DNA of 62,854 nucleotides, counting the filler, from Choristocarpus tenellus KU-1152 (taxonomy: Eukaryota; Protista; Phaeophyceae): NCBI GenBank assembly GCA_964200185.2. It is 10 parts of 10 records of this genome, joined end to end, with 100 filler letters (N's around TTAATTAATTAA, not from the genome) between each part and the next. Parts side by side here need not be neighbours in the genome. Positions count along the whole stretch, not along the records: positions 24,527 to 32,519 come from CAXNAD020005293.1; positions 32,620 to 37,684 come from CAXNAD020011991.1; positions 37,785 to 48,782 come from CAXNAD020002574.1; 7 more parts are not named here. One strand, 5' to 3'. The notes under the pieces were generated by a model. The model was given only the letters and a program-made list of their open reading frames with translations. It had not been told where the DNA came from and did not search any database. The stretch's first letter is position 1, and every line of letters starts with the position of its first letter. The translations under genes were made by a program, and so were the position numbers. This document shows positions 26,524 to 37,800 of this stretch, in pieces.

Positions 26524-29500
26524 CTAAATCTGCAAGATCCCTGAACGCACAACGTCTTCTGCCAATGAAAAACTCACCAAATCCGTGTGAACTACTTTAG
26601 CACCCACCGTGTTAAGGCTCCTGTTGATACACTGGTATCCGTCTACCACCAGGGCTGAGTTGATGCTCTTGTGATCAATCATCACATCCACCAGTGGTTT
26701 GAGGCGCATGCCAGCACCACCGTGCTTCAGGCGGCGGTACCTGGCCAACCCACACCAGCAAGGTCCATGTGTCATCACTTGGTTGTAAGGTCGGGTTAGG
26801 CAGTGTAGATATGTTACTGTATCCTTGTTGTCAAAGACGTTTAGGAGGGAGGGAAGAAGGAGCATTCAAGACTCTCCTGTAAAGGAAGGGGTCTTCTCTG
26901 TATCATAACAAATCTAGCACAGAGTGAAAGTATCTTAGAGGGTATGAGTTTTGCCCTGTTTGTCCATTTGGGGCTTGGCTTCCCATGTGTTTTTTTATTA
27001 CATTTTCCTACTCCAAAATGTTTCAGAGTAGGTAAATCTAATACGATATGAAAAGGTGTGTTCAGAAAAAGGATATTGACACTTCCTAACAAACATGGTG
27101 GCCAAAGTTACATCAAAATCGCAACATTGGATTTTGGCTCCCAAATGGAGGCGGCCCTACCTTCTAAGATACTTTGGCTCACAGATGTGTCCTGGTGGGC
27201 TGATCCCTTTCTTTCCATAAACAAGGGCATGTCAGTAGCAGCAATGGCCTTATCTTCTTGCTTGTTTGTATGCAGTGTTTCTGCACTCATCTTCTCTGCA
27301 GCCCATTTTGATACAGAGTCTGATGTTTAGGATGTACTAACTCAGTACACAGAGATTCGCCCTTTTTGTGGATACTCCTGTGTCTACTCCCACACCATGC
27401 ATTGGTAAATCTTTTTCGCACACTATTAGGAAATCAGAGACTTCGCCCATCCTTCTACTGCATGGGAGTACTACTGAGGTTGTTTAGATTGTTGTGAGAC
27501 CTTCTAGTACTACAATAAAGGTGAACACCTGAAACCTAGGCAGCCTTCACTCTCTCCTTTCCCTTCCTCTTGAAGAGACCTAACAGTCACCCAAACGCTC
27601 AACTGCCCAACAATCACCATATGTGTATAGGGGGGCCAAGGGTTCCCTCATTAAGATTTGCTTCCAATGCCTTGTAGCCACTCTCCTCGAGCTGGGCCTC
27701 CTCTGTTTTGGAAGCAGACACCTGCATGAGCGTTATGGGGCATATATGAAGGGAGTGGATGAGTGAGGCCTAGAATGAACAAAAAATGGAGGCAGCGATG
27801 ACTGTACTAAGTGTAGGCTATCTGTATCTGATGTTGAGGTCCTTGAGATTTAGAACTCACAAGGAATATTAGAGTTGGCACTGCAACCAAGGTTTGAGGG
27901 TTTTTTAATCTCCATCCAGTGATAATACTATATAGATGTCAGGGACTTGGCGCTAGAGATACTACTGAGGTAGGTAGGACTAGGGATGGGATCTTGTATC
28001 AGACCTCATCAAGTTCAAAGTACCTATTTGTAATATTTCTCCGAAACATGCCTATATCTTGAAAGGTTTTATTTTCTAAACTATGAATCCACCAGATTGT
28101 TCCAGGCGCACTTTGTTATCGAAGGCTTACCATCACACAATATTCAAGTAAAAGAAAGGATCGTGGAACCACGCTTGCTTTTGGTTTAGACTTCGGCTGA
28201 TAGCAAATCTACCCCTGATTGTTCCACTCTCCATCTGTACCTTAATGTCAACTATCGCAGAACTAAACCTCGCTGCAATGCTCATTGCCTCCACAACATC
28301 TTCTCCCTGCGGCCCCATGAAACCCTGTAAAGTGACCAAGGGGAAGAGGTGATGAAACACAAGTGTTTCAGGATAGGCTTTGATGTATCATTTCCTTTAA
28401 CTGAATCAAGTCCACAAGATTGAGAATCAGGAGAAACAGTGATACCTCATCAGATGCATTCCTTTCAAAGCCGCATTAAAAATGCCAACAGTGTCTTGCG
28501 CTCCGTACTGTGACAACCCACCTTGTAATCAAGAACTTGAGGCGAAACTAAGGATCAATTTCATGAACTTCAAACCCTAGAGTTCAGACTGTCCTAAAAA
28601 TCTGAGATGACACCACAAGCACACTTCCAATAGGTGGTGGAAGATTTTCAGTTCCCCTACTCCACTCTACCACTGTTGATAGTCTTGAAGGCTTTGAAAA
28701 GCCTGCTTGTTGGCGGGACACAGAGGTACTCCCTCTCAACTCTGTTGATGCTGGGGCACATATTTATTCATTGTATGTTTAGCATATTTGCTCTGAAGTG
28801 CTACAGCACCCTCTAGAATGCAAACTTAGAACATGTAGAAACAAGAGAGTGCCAACAACTATCCATGGTTTTCGATCACCTCAAGTACCTGCACTGAATT
28901 AGGTAGGGTCTAAAGCACTTGCGTCATCTTTCAATAGTAATGTGCATCAGAAATGAGAGGGAAAAAAAGTTGAAAATGAGCTCGAAGGTCCCTTGTTTTC
29001 ACTGCACAATCTCCTGGTAAAAAGAAAAAAGAGGAAAGGGCTGAGCAGTCAAGACAAACAAGGGGCAGGGGCAGGAAAATACATTAGCCCACCAAGAAGT
29101 CATCGACAGAGACAGCTCCATCTCGATCCAGATCCATGAGCTCCAATATTGTCTTTGCCTCCCGTTCAGCCAAGTCAACCTTGGGGTTTGGTATGAGGGA
29201 GGGCAATGATGACGAACACTGATTTTAAAGTATGTAGTAATTGCACCGAATAAACTTCCAATGTTGTTATTGGCATAAATGCAGAAAACATACGACTTGG
29301 TTTGGGAGAACAAGATATCCCACTCTCCGATGTCAGCCAATCTAAAATAGACAAATCAGGAGAGACAACTAGGTATGCAAATATCTTACAATAAAAGAAA
29401 AAGGAAATGATACTTGCAATGTGTACAGGGTTATGTGGCCTTTTACACTGGGGCAAAAATCGTCTTGACCTTGTCTGAAGCCTCTCAATGTCCTGCCAGT

Positions 29501-31366
29501 AACCATATCACTATTTGAGTCAAAGTATCTTAGAGGTTAGAGGCGCGTCCGTTTGGGCGCCAAGATCCGATGATGCGATTTTGATGTAACGTTGGCTATC
29601 GTGTTTGTTAGGAAGTTTCAATATTCTTGTTCCAGACAGAAATTTTTATTATTGTACCACTCCAAAATATTTCGGATTAGGTAAAATGTCATAAAAAAAA
29701 ACCCATGGGAAGCCAAGCCCCAAACGAACAAACAGGGCAAAACTCGTACCGTCTAAGATACTTTCACTCATTAATGCCTCTACAAAGGATTTCGAGACTA
29801 TTGTATACACATTTGTCTCCTTGGACCGTTCACACAAATAATTGTAAGTTGCTTCCGATTTCTATGCCCTTTGTTCCACTCAATACAAAGACAACTGTAC
29901 ATACCTCCGGTAACCTTGGAATTGGACAATAATACGCTGCTCATTCTTGCCCAGGAACAACCCAGAAAGGAAATATAAGAAACACTTTCAACCCTATATC
30001 TTCCTTCTCTAAAGGGTCACGGAATCTCCAGTGTCATCGTAACGCTTCTAAACACCCTAAAATCTCATTCTAGAGTCAACATGTCAAAGAATGACAAAGA
30101 CGATCATTTGCTTGCCATGCAATTTTTCCAGCAGTCAATTATAGGAATAATATTTTACCACGGCATATTATTGTAGAAATAGTGAGAGTACTGTGCTGGC
30201 AGGGGCAGGGTATTGACGTAAGACAACCCCATTTGCACGTATTCATATCAAGAAGGGGGGTTGATATGCTCTTACCACACTGCAAGATAGTTCGCTCACA
30301 TCTCAATCATTTCTCCTGGCTGACTTTCTCTCACTCCCCTCCAACCATTCCCCATAACCCCACCCAATTCTCCTCCTCCTGTTATTTACCTTGAGCCACT
30401 CCTCAACCACGTCACTCAGCACAGCAGCATTTGCGCTATCTCCCCTGTTAGGTTCAGCCATGAAGTCGAATAGCTCTCGGAGTTGACCTTCCCTGCACGG
30501 GCACAGAGGGGTCAAAACGAAGTAAGACAAAGTTATTCACTGTGTAGAGAAGAGAGGTAAATAGGGGTAACAAGCAGAGCATGAGTCAAAGGATCTTAGA
30601 GGGTAGGAGTTTTGCCCTGTTTGACTGTTTGGGGCTTGGCTTTCCAGAAGGTTTTTATGACATTTTCCTACTCCGAAATGTTTCAGCGTAGATAAAATGT
30701 ATACTTTATGAAAAGGTGTGTCTGGAACAAGGATATTGACACTTTCTAACAAAAATGTAGCAAAAATTACATCAAAATCACAACATTGGATTTTTGCCCC
30801 TAAAGGGATGCGGCTCTACCCTCTAAGATACTTTGACTCTGAACCTTGGTGTTGATTGACCTCTTACTGCTTCTACAGTTGTATCTCTTACTGTATGCTG
30901 GCCTTACGCTAGAGTTGGATCATTCAGTCATCTATTTCACAAAAACACAGGGCCATCAGTACCCTTTCTCCTGCCCCATTGAATGTCAGACGCAGTCAGA
31001 ATAGTCAATCCTTTGAAAATCCCACCCATCTTTCATCAAATATGTCTTCGTTTCAACTCCAAAACCCTGTTACCATTGTCTTCAAATGAAGATAGATGGG
31101 AGGTTTCGATATATAGATTAGTTTGGGGTGAGCCAGTGAACATAGCAGTTAGGCCAGGCAGGGAAATCAAGTTGTGAGGAGGGTAGCAAGTCAGAAATGT
31201 CAGAGAGGGATAGAAAAACGCCGGTGGGCGAGAGAAGTGATAGGAGGGCTCCTTGCCTTTTCCCGAATTTCTTGTTGATACGGTCTCGAAACCTCTTTGC
31301 AATCTCTCTGCATTCTGTCTCATCCATGAAAATGCGCTCTCTGAAGGAAGCAATGGAAACATTCCC
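26524..31366 (-). CDS. EF-hand calcium-binding domain protein, multi-exon, partial
   Basis: Phase-compatible exons 31257-31366 (GC donor), 30390-30492 and 29093-29179, the last with an EF loop DLDRDGAVSVDDF. Further downstream exons (~27620-27722, ~26524-26765) are uncertain. Confidence 0.55.
26922..27180 (+). mobile_element. MITE copy
   Basis: TIRs gagtgaaagtatcttagagggta / taccttctaagatactttggctc, flanked by aca on both sides. Confidence 0.92.
29517..29769 (-). mobile_element. MITE copy
   Basis: gagtcaaagtatcttaga...tctaagatactttcactc. Confidence 0.9.
30583..30839 (+). mobile_element. MITE copy
   Basis: gagtcaaaggatcttagagggtag...ctaccctctaagatactttgactc. Confidence 0.92.
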
Positions 31367-31593
31367 CTGCATTCGTGTGAGAAGAGGGTGAACACATGCA
31401 GACAAGAGATTTGTATGGTGTGGGGAGGAGGGTGTCCCAGTTGCATGAGGCATCCCCATAAAAGAAAGAAGGTGCTTAGATATTTGCTAACATTATCTTG
31501 AGCCATCTGGCTTCGGAAAGGTTAGTAGGGCATAGACATGTGGGGCATATTCCCTAACCCTAACCCTAACTATGTTTGCTAGCACTATGTTGA

Positions 31594-31852
31594 GAGTGAA
31601 AGTATCTTAGAGGGTACAAGTTTTGCCCTGTTTGTCCGTTTTGGGGATTGGCTTCCAATGTTTTTTTTCTGACATTTTCCTACTCCAAAATATTTCGGAG
31701 TAGGTAAAATGTATACATCATGAAAAGGTGTGTCTGGAACAAGGATATTGACACCTCCTAACAAAAACGGTAGCCAGAATTACATCAAAATCGCAACATT
31801 GGATTGAGACCCCCAAATGGACGCGACTCTACCCTCTAAGATACTTTGACTC
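31594..31852 (+). mobile_element. MITE copy
   Basis: gagtgaaagtatcttagagggta...taccctctaagatactttgactc. Confidence 0.92.
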
Positions 31853-32435
31853 TAGAGCCACATGGCTTCGGAGTATTCAGTAGTCCACAGACATGTATAT
31901 TCCCTAACCCTAACCCTAACATCTTTCACCCTGGCCTACAGTTGCGGTTGCAAGTCAGTGCTCATGTAAGGCTGTGGGTGAGTTTGAGACCCAGTTTTAA
32001 GAAGAAACTCCTTTTCAGGATATTCTTGCTTTGACGGTTCACAGGGCAAGCACCACAGACAGTACTCTGGTACAGAAGCCTTTGGACACAATCAAGAAAA
32101 GTGAAAACCTAGGAGGTGTACCTTCAGTAAAGGTCGTTCCTAACAGCAGTAAATTGTTGATGACATTCAGACCATTTCTCCCCCAAAGCGGACTGAATGA
32201 GTGCATTTCATTGCTAAATATACAGACCACAGGTCATCATGACTGCAAACCATTGCAAGCAAGGAAGGTGACACCTTCGAATAAAATAGATCAACAATGT
32301 GTACCCGTTCTGCGTGGGGTTATTTCTGATTAGTGCCCAATCGTGCTTATGTCATGTCCCAAGATCGGCATACAAAATGGAAACAAGATCTAATTGGCAA
32401 ATACCACTGAGCCAAAGCAAACGAGAGGTACCCAA

Positions 32436-32519
32436 GGTGCAAAGTATCTGGAGGGGGGGGGCGGCTGTCCATTTGGGGTCAATTCTTTCATGTCGCGCCT
32501 TTTTCGGCGCTCTGCTTGC
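32436..32519. mobile_element. terminus of the G-run TIR element family
   Basis: caaagtatctggaggggggggcggctgtccatttgggg is the reverse complement of 14289-14330. Confidence 0.7.
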
Positions 32520-32619
32520 NNNNNNNNNNNNNNNNNNNNNNNNNNNNNNNNNNNNNNNNNNNNTTAATTAATTAANNNNNNNNNNNNNNNNNNNNNNNNN
32601 NNNNNNNNNNNNNNNNNNN
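32520..32619. other. artificial contig linker
   Basis: N44-TTAATTAATTAA-N44. Confidence 0.98.
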
Positions 32620-33163
32620 GGTGACGCTGGGAGGTTTTGATTTTTAAAAATGCGTTGCGGGTTTTCTCTTTTTGTTGTTTATGCTGGCTGTGGGTGGATT
32701 TTTTTTTTTTTGTCTTGTGTTTATTTTTTAATGCCGATTACAGGATGATGCGTGTGTGTGTGTGCAAAAGGAGGCGTTGTTGCGTGATTGTGTGTTTAGG
32801 GTCTACAAACGTAGTACTCGACTATACAAAAATGTAATGAAAAAAATAGAAATGAAAACGTGCTGCATTGTGGGCAGGAGGCGTGGTGTACAGGGCTATT
32901 GTACAGGTTTCTAGAGAGAAGGATGAGGAGTCAGACTTCGTGCTGCAATGCGTATTGTGTATGAGTAGAGGGATAGTTTTTGCTTGTTTCTATTTATTTT
33001 TTTTGTGTTGGAATACGAAGAGGAGTGCACTGTGAACAGTAATAGCGTTACTACTTTTTTTTATTACAATGATTCCGAACGATTTGAAAGAGGAGGTCCT
33101 GGACTGAAAGTACTAATGCAGTTGCGCCAGGCCTGATATTGATCGTAGTACTCTGGTCTGGTC

Positions 33164-33478
33164 CTCTGTATACAACTCCAATACTCTGTACACAGATCCA
33201 ATATTCTGTACAAGAAACTCCGGTACTTTGAATACAACTCCAATATTCTGTACAGAAAACTCCAGTACTTTGTACACAACTCCAATACTCTGTACAAAAC
33301 TCTAGTACTCTATACACAGCTCCAATATTCTGTACAAAAAACTCCAGTACTTTGTACACAACTCCAATATTCTGTACAGGAAACTCCAGTACTTTGTACA
33401 CAACTCCAATATTTCTGTACAAAACTCTAATATAATACTTGGTACAAAACTCCAGTACTCGGTATAAAACTCCGGTAG
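33164..33478. repeat. minisatellite, ~20-22 bp unit with ~42-bp higher order
   Basis: Recurrent tgtacacaactccaatattc / tgtacagaaaactccagtactt. Confidence 0.9.
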
Positions 33479-33753
33479 TTACACGTTTCTGATAGTATGA
33501 TAATATTAGCCCTTAACGATTTGCTCCCTTGTTGGTTCTGAACCCTAACCCTAAGAATATCTCCCCCGTGCGTATGACACGTCTCCTCAGGTTCGCGCTA
33601 CCCATCCCAGTGCCATGAATGCCATTCCAATATACACACAACCAATGCACCCACATACACATCCGTATCACAGTAAAACTTTCTACATACAGCTAAACGG
33701 CGATTTACTTTCCTTCTCATCGCATTGCTTTGTCGTTGTCGTTGTCGCTGCAG

Positions 33754-35357
33754 CTATGATGGAATACGCCTTGCAAAGGTTGGGGACATCCCTGGAATCG
33801 TTGATGTGATAAGGCCACTCGAAGAGAAAGGGTGAGAAGTGGCCCCACAAGATAGACTGTTAAATACCGCTCCCCCCCCCCCCCCCCCCACCCCAGCCTT
33901 CATTTTTGCATTCACGTACTTAGGGTTAGGGTTAGAGAAATACAAGTACACACTCCTGCTCGGGGGTAAACACATTGCTATATGCATATGCTTCAAGCTT
34001 CAAGTATACTCTGCGATTAATAGAACTATTGCTTGACATTGTCAAACTGCGATAATGCCTGGCAGTATTTTGATACCAAGACCCATGGAGCAGCTGGAGG
34101 CAGATATTGTGAACTCAAACTACTTTGTTTTTACAAGGTGAGGAGAGAGAGAGAGAGCTGTTGACAAACAAGCCTTGCTTAGGGTTGGGGCTAGGGCTAC
34201 CTGATCCTTTAGGGTATACCTCGATTTTCTTTTTAAATGTGAAAGGGCCATATGACGATGGTAGTGCATTGGCACTGCAGGTGAGGGGCATTGTTGGGGG
34301 GATTTTTTGTGTGTGTTTACTTCTAGAGAATATATGCTTTCTGTTGTAGTAGTGGAGTGTTATTGATGCTGTGGTGAAGGAGGATGTATGTGTTGCGTAT
34401 GCATGCATGCTTATATCTACTTGACAGCATACATGCATCATAGGCATGTGCTGGAGTGCTACGTAGCATTACAGAAGTCTTCGTCTTGTACTTCTTGTGT
34501 GCTCTATGTGTCCATATATGTATGTGCATGCTTATGTCTCTATGTCTATGTATCTAGGTGTGTATTGTTTGAAGTTTAGGGTTTGGAATCTTGTTTTGTT
34601 ACAAAGGTACACCATTGAAGCAAGTTTTTTCTATGTTTGTAGTGTTTGTTAGGGCGTTTGCGGTATTGGAATGTGCAGTGTGTACACTAACATAGAAAAG
34701 GGAGGGTTGTTATTTACACTTCCCTGAAATGAAGATTGTCTTTGAACAGCCCGTGCTAGTCCATTCTCTTCAGTTCCTATTGCTACCTCTATCATAGAAT
34801 CCATCTGCTGTGGAAGAGATTTACTGGATGATACTTACAATATTGCCTATGGTCTTCCCCCTTTTTTCACTCTTTCCAGTGCCCCCCACCCCCTCCCACC
34901 CCCCACCCCCCGGGGCCTTGTGTGCACTCCGCTGCGGGCAACAGAGATGACACCATCCTTGTGGTGGCATTTTTAAAACTGTTTGGTGGGGAGCATGCGG
35001 AAGTGGGGTGCTTGGCAGTGCACCCAAGCTACCAGAAGGTCTGGGACCCCATTGATATCCCTTTACTCCCCATGCTGAGCGTCCAAGCATGAACTGTGTG
35101 TATGGGAGGGGAGGGAGGAGGGGCGAGATTAAGAATGTGTGTAATATTTGATGCTTGGTTGAGGTGAACATAAAGGAGTACGTCTCCTGGAAGGTCAGGT
35201 TTTTTAAGCGATTAAGTTGGTTGTCTGATGTGTTAAGCTGTGGCGATTTAGTTGGTGCCTTCCTTAGTCAAAGCTTTTCGATTTTCATAATGAGAGTTTT
35301 TTTTTTCTTTAAGCTGTGAAGTACCTTCGCTCAGCCCTCTTGCATCATCTGTTCCCC

Positions 35358-35397
<40 letters not shown>

Positions 35398-35961
35398 CTC
35401 CTTTNNNNNNNNNNGCTTTTTGTTTTTTATAATTGAGGTTTTTTTTTTTTTTTTACTGTGTGGTTTCTTCCTTTTCCCCTTTTTTTTTTTCTTTTTCCCC
35501 CCCCCCCCCCCCCCCCCTTTCCCGATCTGTACATTTGTTCCTGCCTTGCTTTGCTGCTCTACTGCTTTGCTCTGTGAAGCGGGGCAGGGGGGAAGCGATG
35601 CTGAGCTACCTTGAGCGTCTAGCTGTTGCTTCTAATGTGAAGAGCCTGTTTGTGCTATCAACTCGAACAATGCAGTGGTTTGTTGAGAGGGGTTTCTACG
35701 AAGCTAAACCGACTGATCTTCCTCCCGAGAGGCTCAGGTGTGCCTTCAGTCTTTTTAGGAGAACCCATTTTTGACTGTAGTGGCAAGATTTATTTATGTT
35801 TGGGAATTGTTGAAACTCTTTTTGGGACCTGTGCCAGTAGGCTCTTTGTGATCATTATTATTGTAGTATAGGTTTTTAAAAAAATAGTGTTACGAATCGG
35901 AAGCATTTGTTGCAAGAAATTGACTCTTTGATTTAAAAAAAAAATCAAGTAAATCTGCACA

Positions 35962-36027
<66 letters not shown>

Positions 36028-36157
36028 TTTCTAGTGCTTTTGTGTGAGGTTTTTTAATATTATTAAAAAAAATTTNNNNNNNNNNTAAAATAAGAGAATA
36101 TTTTTTAAAAAAAATTATATTTTTTATTTAAAAAAAAAAAAAAAATAAATTTGCAAA

Positions 36158-36193
<36 letters not shown>

Positions 36194-37154
36194 TGGAATT
36201 AATTTGTGGGCTGTTCTATGCAAGGTGCAAGAGCTTTAGCGAGAGGTTCTTGAATTGTATTGACAGAAATGTGAGTTTTGTTTTTGAGTGAAGGAATCAT
36301 GTATGTACGTAGGACTTGTACCAAAAACATTAAAGTCCCCTGTTTAGTTCTCAGAAAATCGATCATTTCGAAAGGGCCTGAAGTAAACGTGTATGCAAAG
36401 GCGTTTTTAAATATATTTAGTGAATCAGCATCAATTCTTACCAAGAGGTAGTCCACAGACTTGACAGATCTGCTGCGACCACCACCTTGATCAGACCCAA
36501 CCTCGAAATCCACCATTGTAAGGCGATTCATACCCTGATCTTCAAGTTCAGTTAAATTTTTTTTTTCACCAAACCCAGATTTTATATGGTACTGATGTTT
36601 TGGGTAATGCTGTCCAAATAGATATGAGAGTCCATTTGGGAGGGGGGGGTTCTTTACTGTGGTCACCCTAAGTACAGCCAGTGTTCTGGGCTGCTCGATG
36701 CAAGTCTTTAAGTAGAATTTTGTTAGTACTTCAAAGAAGTACTCGCTAACAGGTGTTTGATTGCAATACTACCAAGCTTTCCGCAGCGGGTTCAAAAAAA
36801 ATATATATATATTGGAAATTGAGTAGTAGTGTTATGTACGTATGTACAAGATGTCATGTGTTTTGTTGTCATATAAAGTAGACTAATTTTCACAATATTA
36901 TACAAGTACAATGTGTTGATGGTTGATGGTTGCGTTGCAACACAGACGAAGGAGGCCCTGCACAACTCCCACATTTCGTTCAAAAATCTTTTTGTCTCTT
37001 GCGGACTTTTTTGGATGTTGATGTGTGTGTTTGTGTGTTTTATTTAAACAGTATCTACAACTGGGAGCGTCGCAGTAAGGTTTATATGAAGAAGCTGGGC
37101 AAGAGCTGCCGTGCCTTGGATGCGGAGGAGCAGCTCTGGGATGTCTACAACTAG
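33754..37154 (+). CDS. argA: amino-acid N-acetyltransferase / N-acetylglutamate synthase, C-terminal GNAT domain, multi-exon, partial
   Basis: Exons 33754-33831 (YDGIRLAKVGDIPGIVDVIRPLEEKG), 34066-34137 (ILIPRPMEQLEADI), 35580-35737 (GRGEAMLSYLERLA...LFVLSTRTMQWFVERGF...LPPER) and 37052-37154 (IYNWERRSKVYMKKL...stop). These match ArgA motifs and the splice phases agree. Confidence 0.9.
36160..36793 (-). mobile_element. poly(A)-tailed retroposed fragment (5'-truncated non-LTR element or retrocopy) in the last argA intron
   Basis: A ~190-codon stop-free minus frame ends at TAA 36199, and a ~32-nt poly(A) starts about 8 nt later. No protein family recognised. Confidence 0.4.
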
Positions 37155-37613
37155 CTTTTGCCGTAGTGATTTTTCCATTCAACTATACCTTGATGGAGAG
37201 TTGTGTTTACATGCCAATGCTTTGTTGGTGGGAGGGATGAAGAGGCTAGGAGAGGTGGGAGGGTGAACACATTCTAGTTCAACATGGCACAGCCCATTAT
37301 TGAACTCTGGTGAAAAGACGCTTTTTGATGAATGCCCCCCTGCCGCCAACCCTGGTATGATTGATAGGACTTTACATACAATGCAGTCAAGGATTTTTCG
37401 CAGGCACAGGATGAATGTGTACATGTCTGCCCTTTCTTGTAAGACATGTACACTCCAGTGTTGCAGTGTTTGTAAGGCTCGCTTTCCTTTCTGGGAATGG
37501 CATTTTGATCGTTCTGTGGACCTTGTTAGACCACTCCAAGACACGCTTGATCTTCTGTATCTTCAATGTGATTATGAAAGCAATATTAAATCTAATACGT
37601 ATTTGTACTAATA

Positions 37614-37684
37614 GGGTCAAAGTATCTGGGGGGGGGGGGGGGGGGTGCCGGCGTCCGTTTTTCACCCTTTTTTGGTGTGATTTG
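37614..37684. mobile_element. terminus of the G-run TIR element family
   Basis: gggtcaaagtatct(G)n tgccggcgtccgtttttcaccc. Confidence 0.8.
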
Positions 37685-37784
37685 NNNNNNNNNNNNNNNN
37701 NNNNNNNNNNNNNNNNNNNNNNNNNNNNTTAATTAATTAANNNNNNNNNNNNNNNNNNNNNNNNNNNNNNNNNNNNNNNNNNNN
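37685..37784. other. artificial contig linker
   Basis: N44-TTAATTAATTAA-N44. Confidence 0.98.
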
Positions 37785-37800
37785 GGGGGGGGTAACGAAC

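Noticed and set aside
26841-27330. Recurring short ORFs such as ...TLKHFGVGKC... and ...IKIATLDF...
   Set aside because: Chance translations of the non-coding MITE, not conserved in frame across copies.
33051-33422. ORFs with YRVLEFCTEYW-type repeats
   Set aside because: Translation of a minisatellite.
36199-37611. Fanzor/TnpB-like nuclease suggested by Cys-rich ORFs near a TIR end
   Set aside because: No RuvC motifs were recognised. The Cys-rich frames at 37300-37611 lie just downstream of the argA stop.
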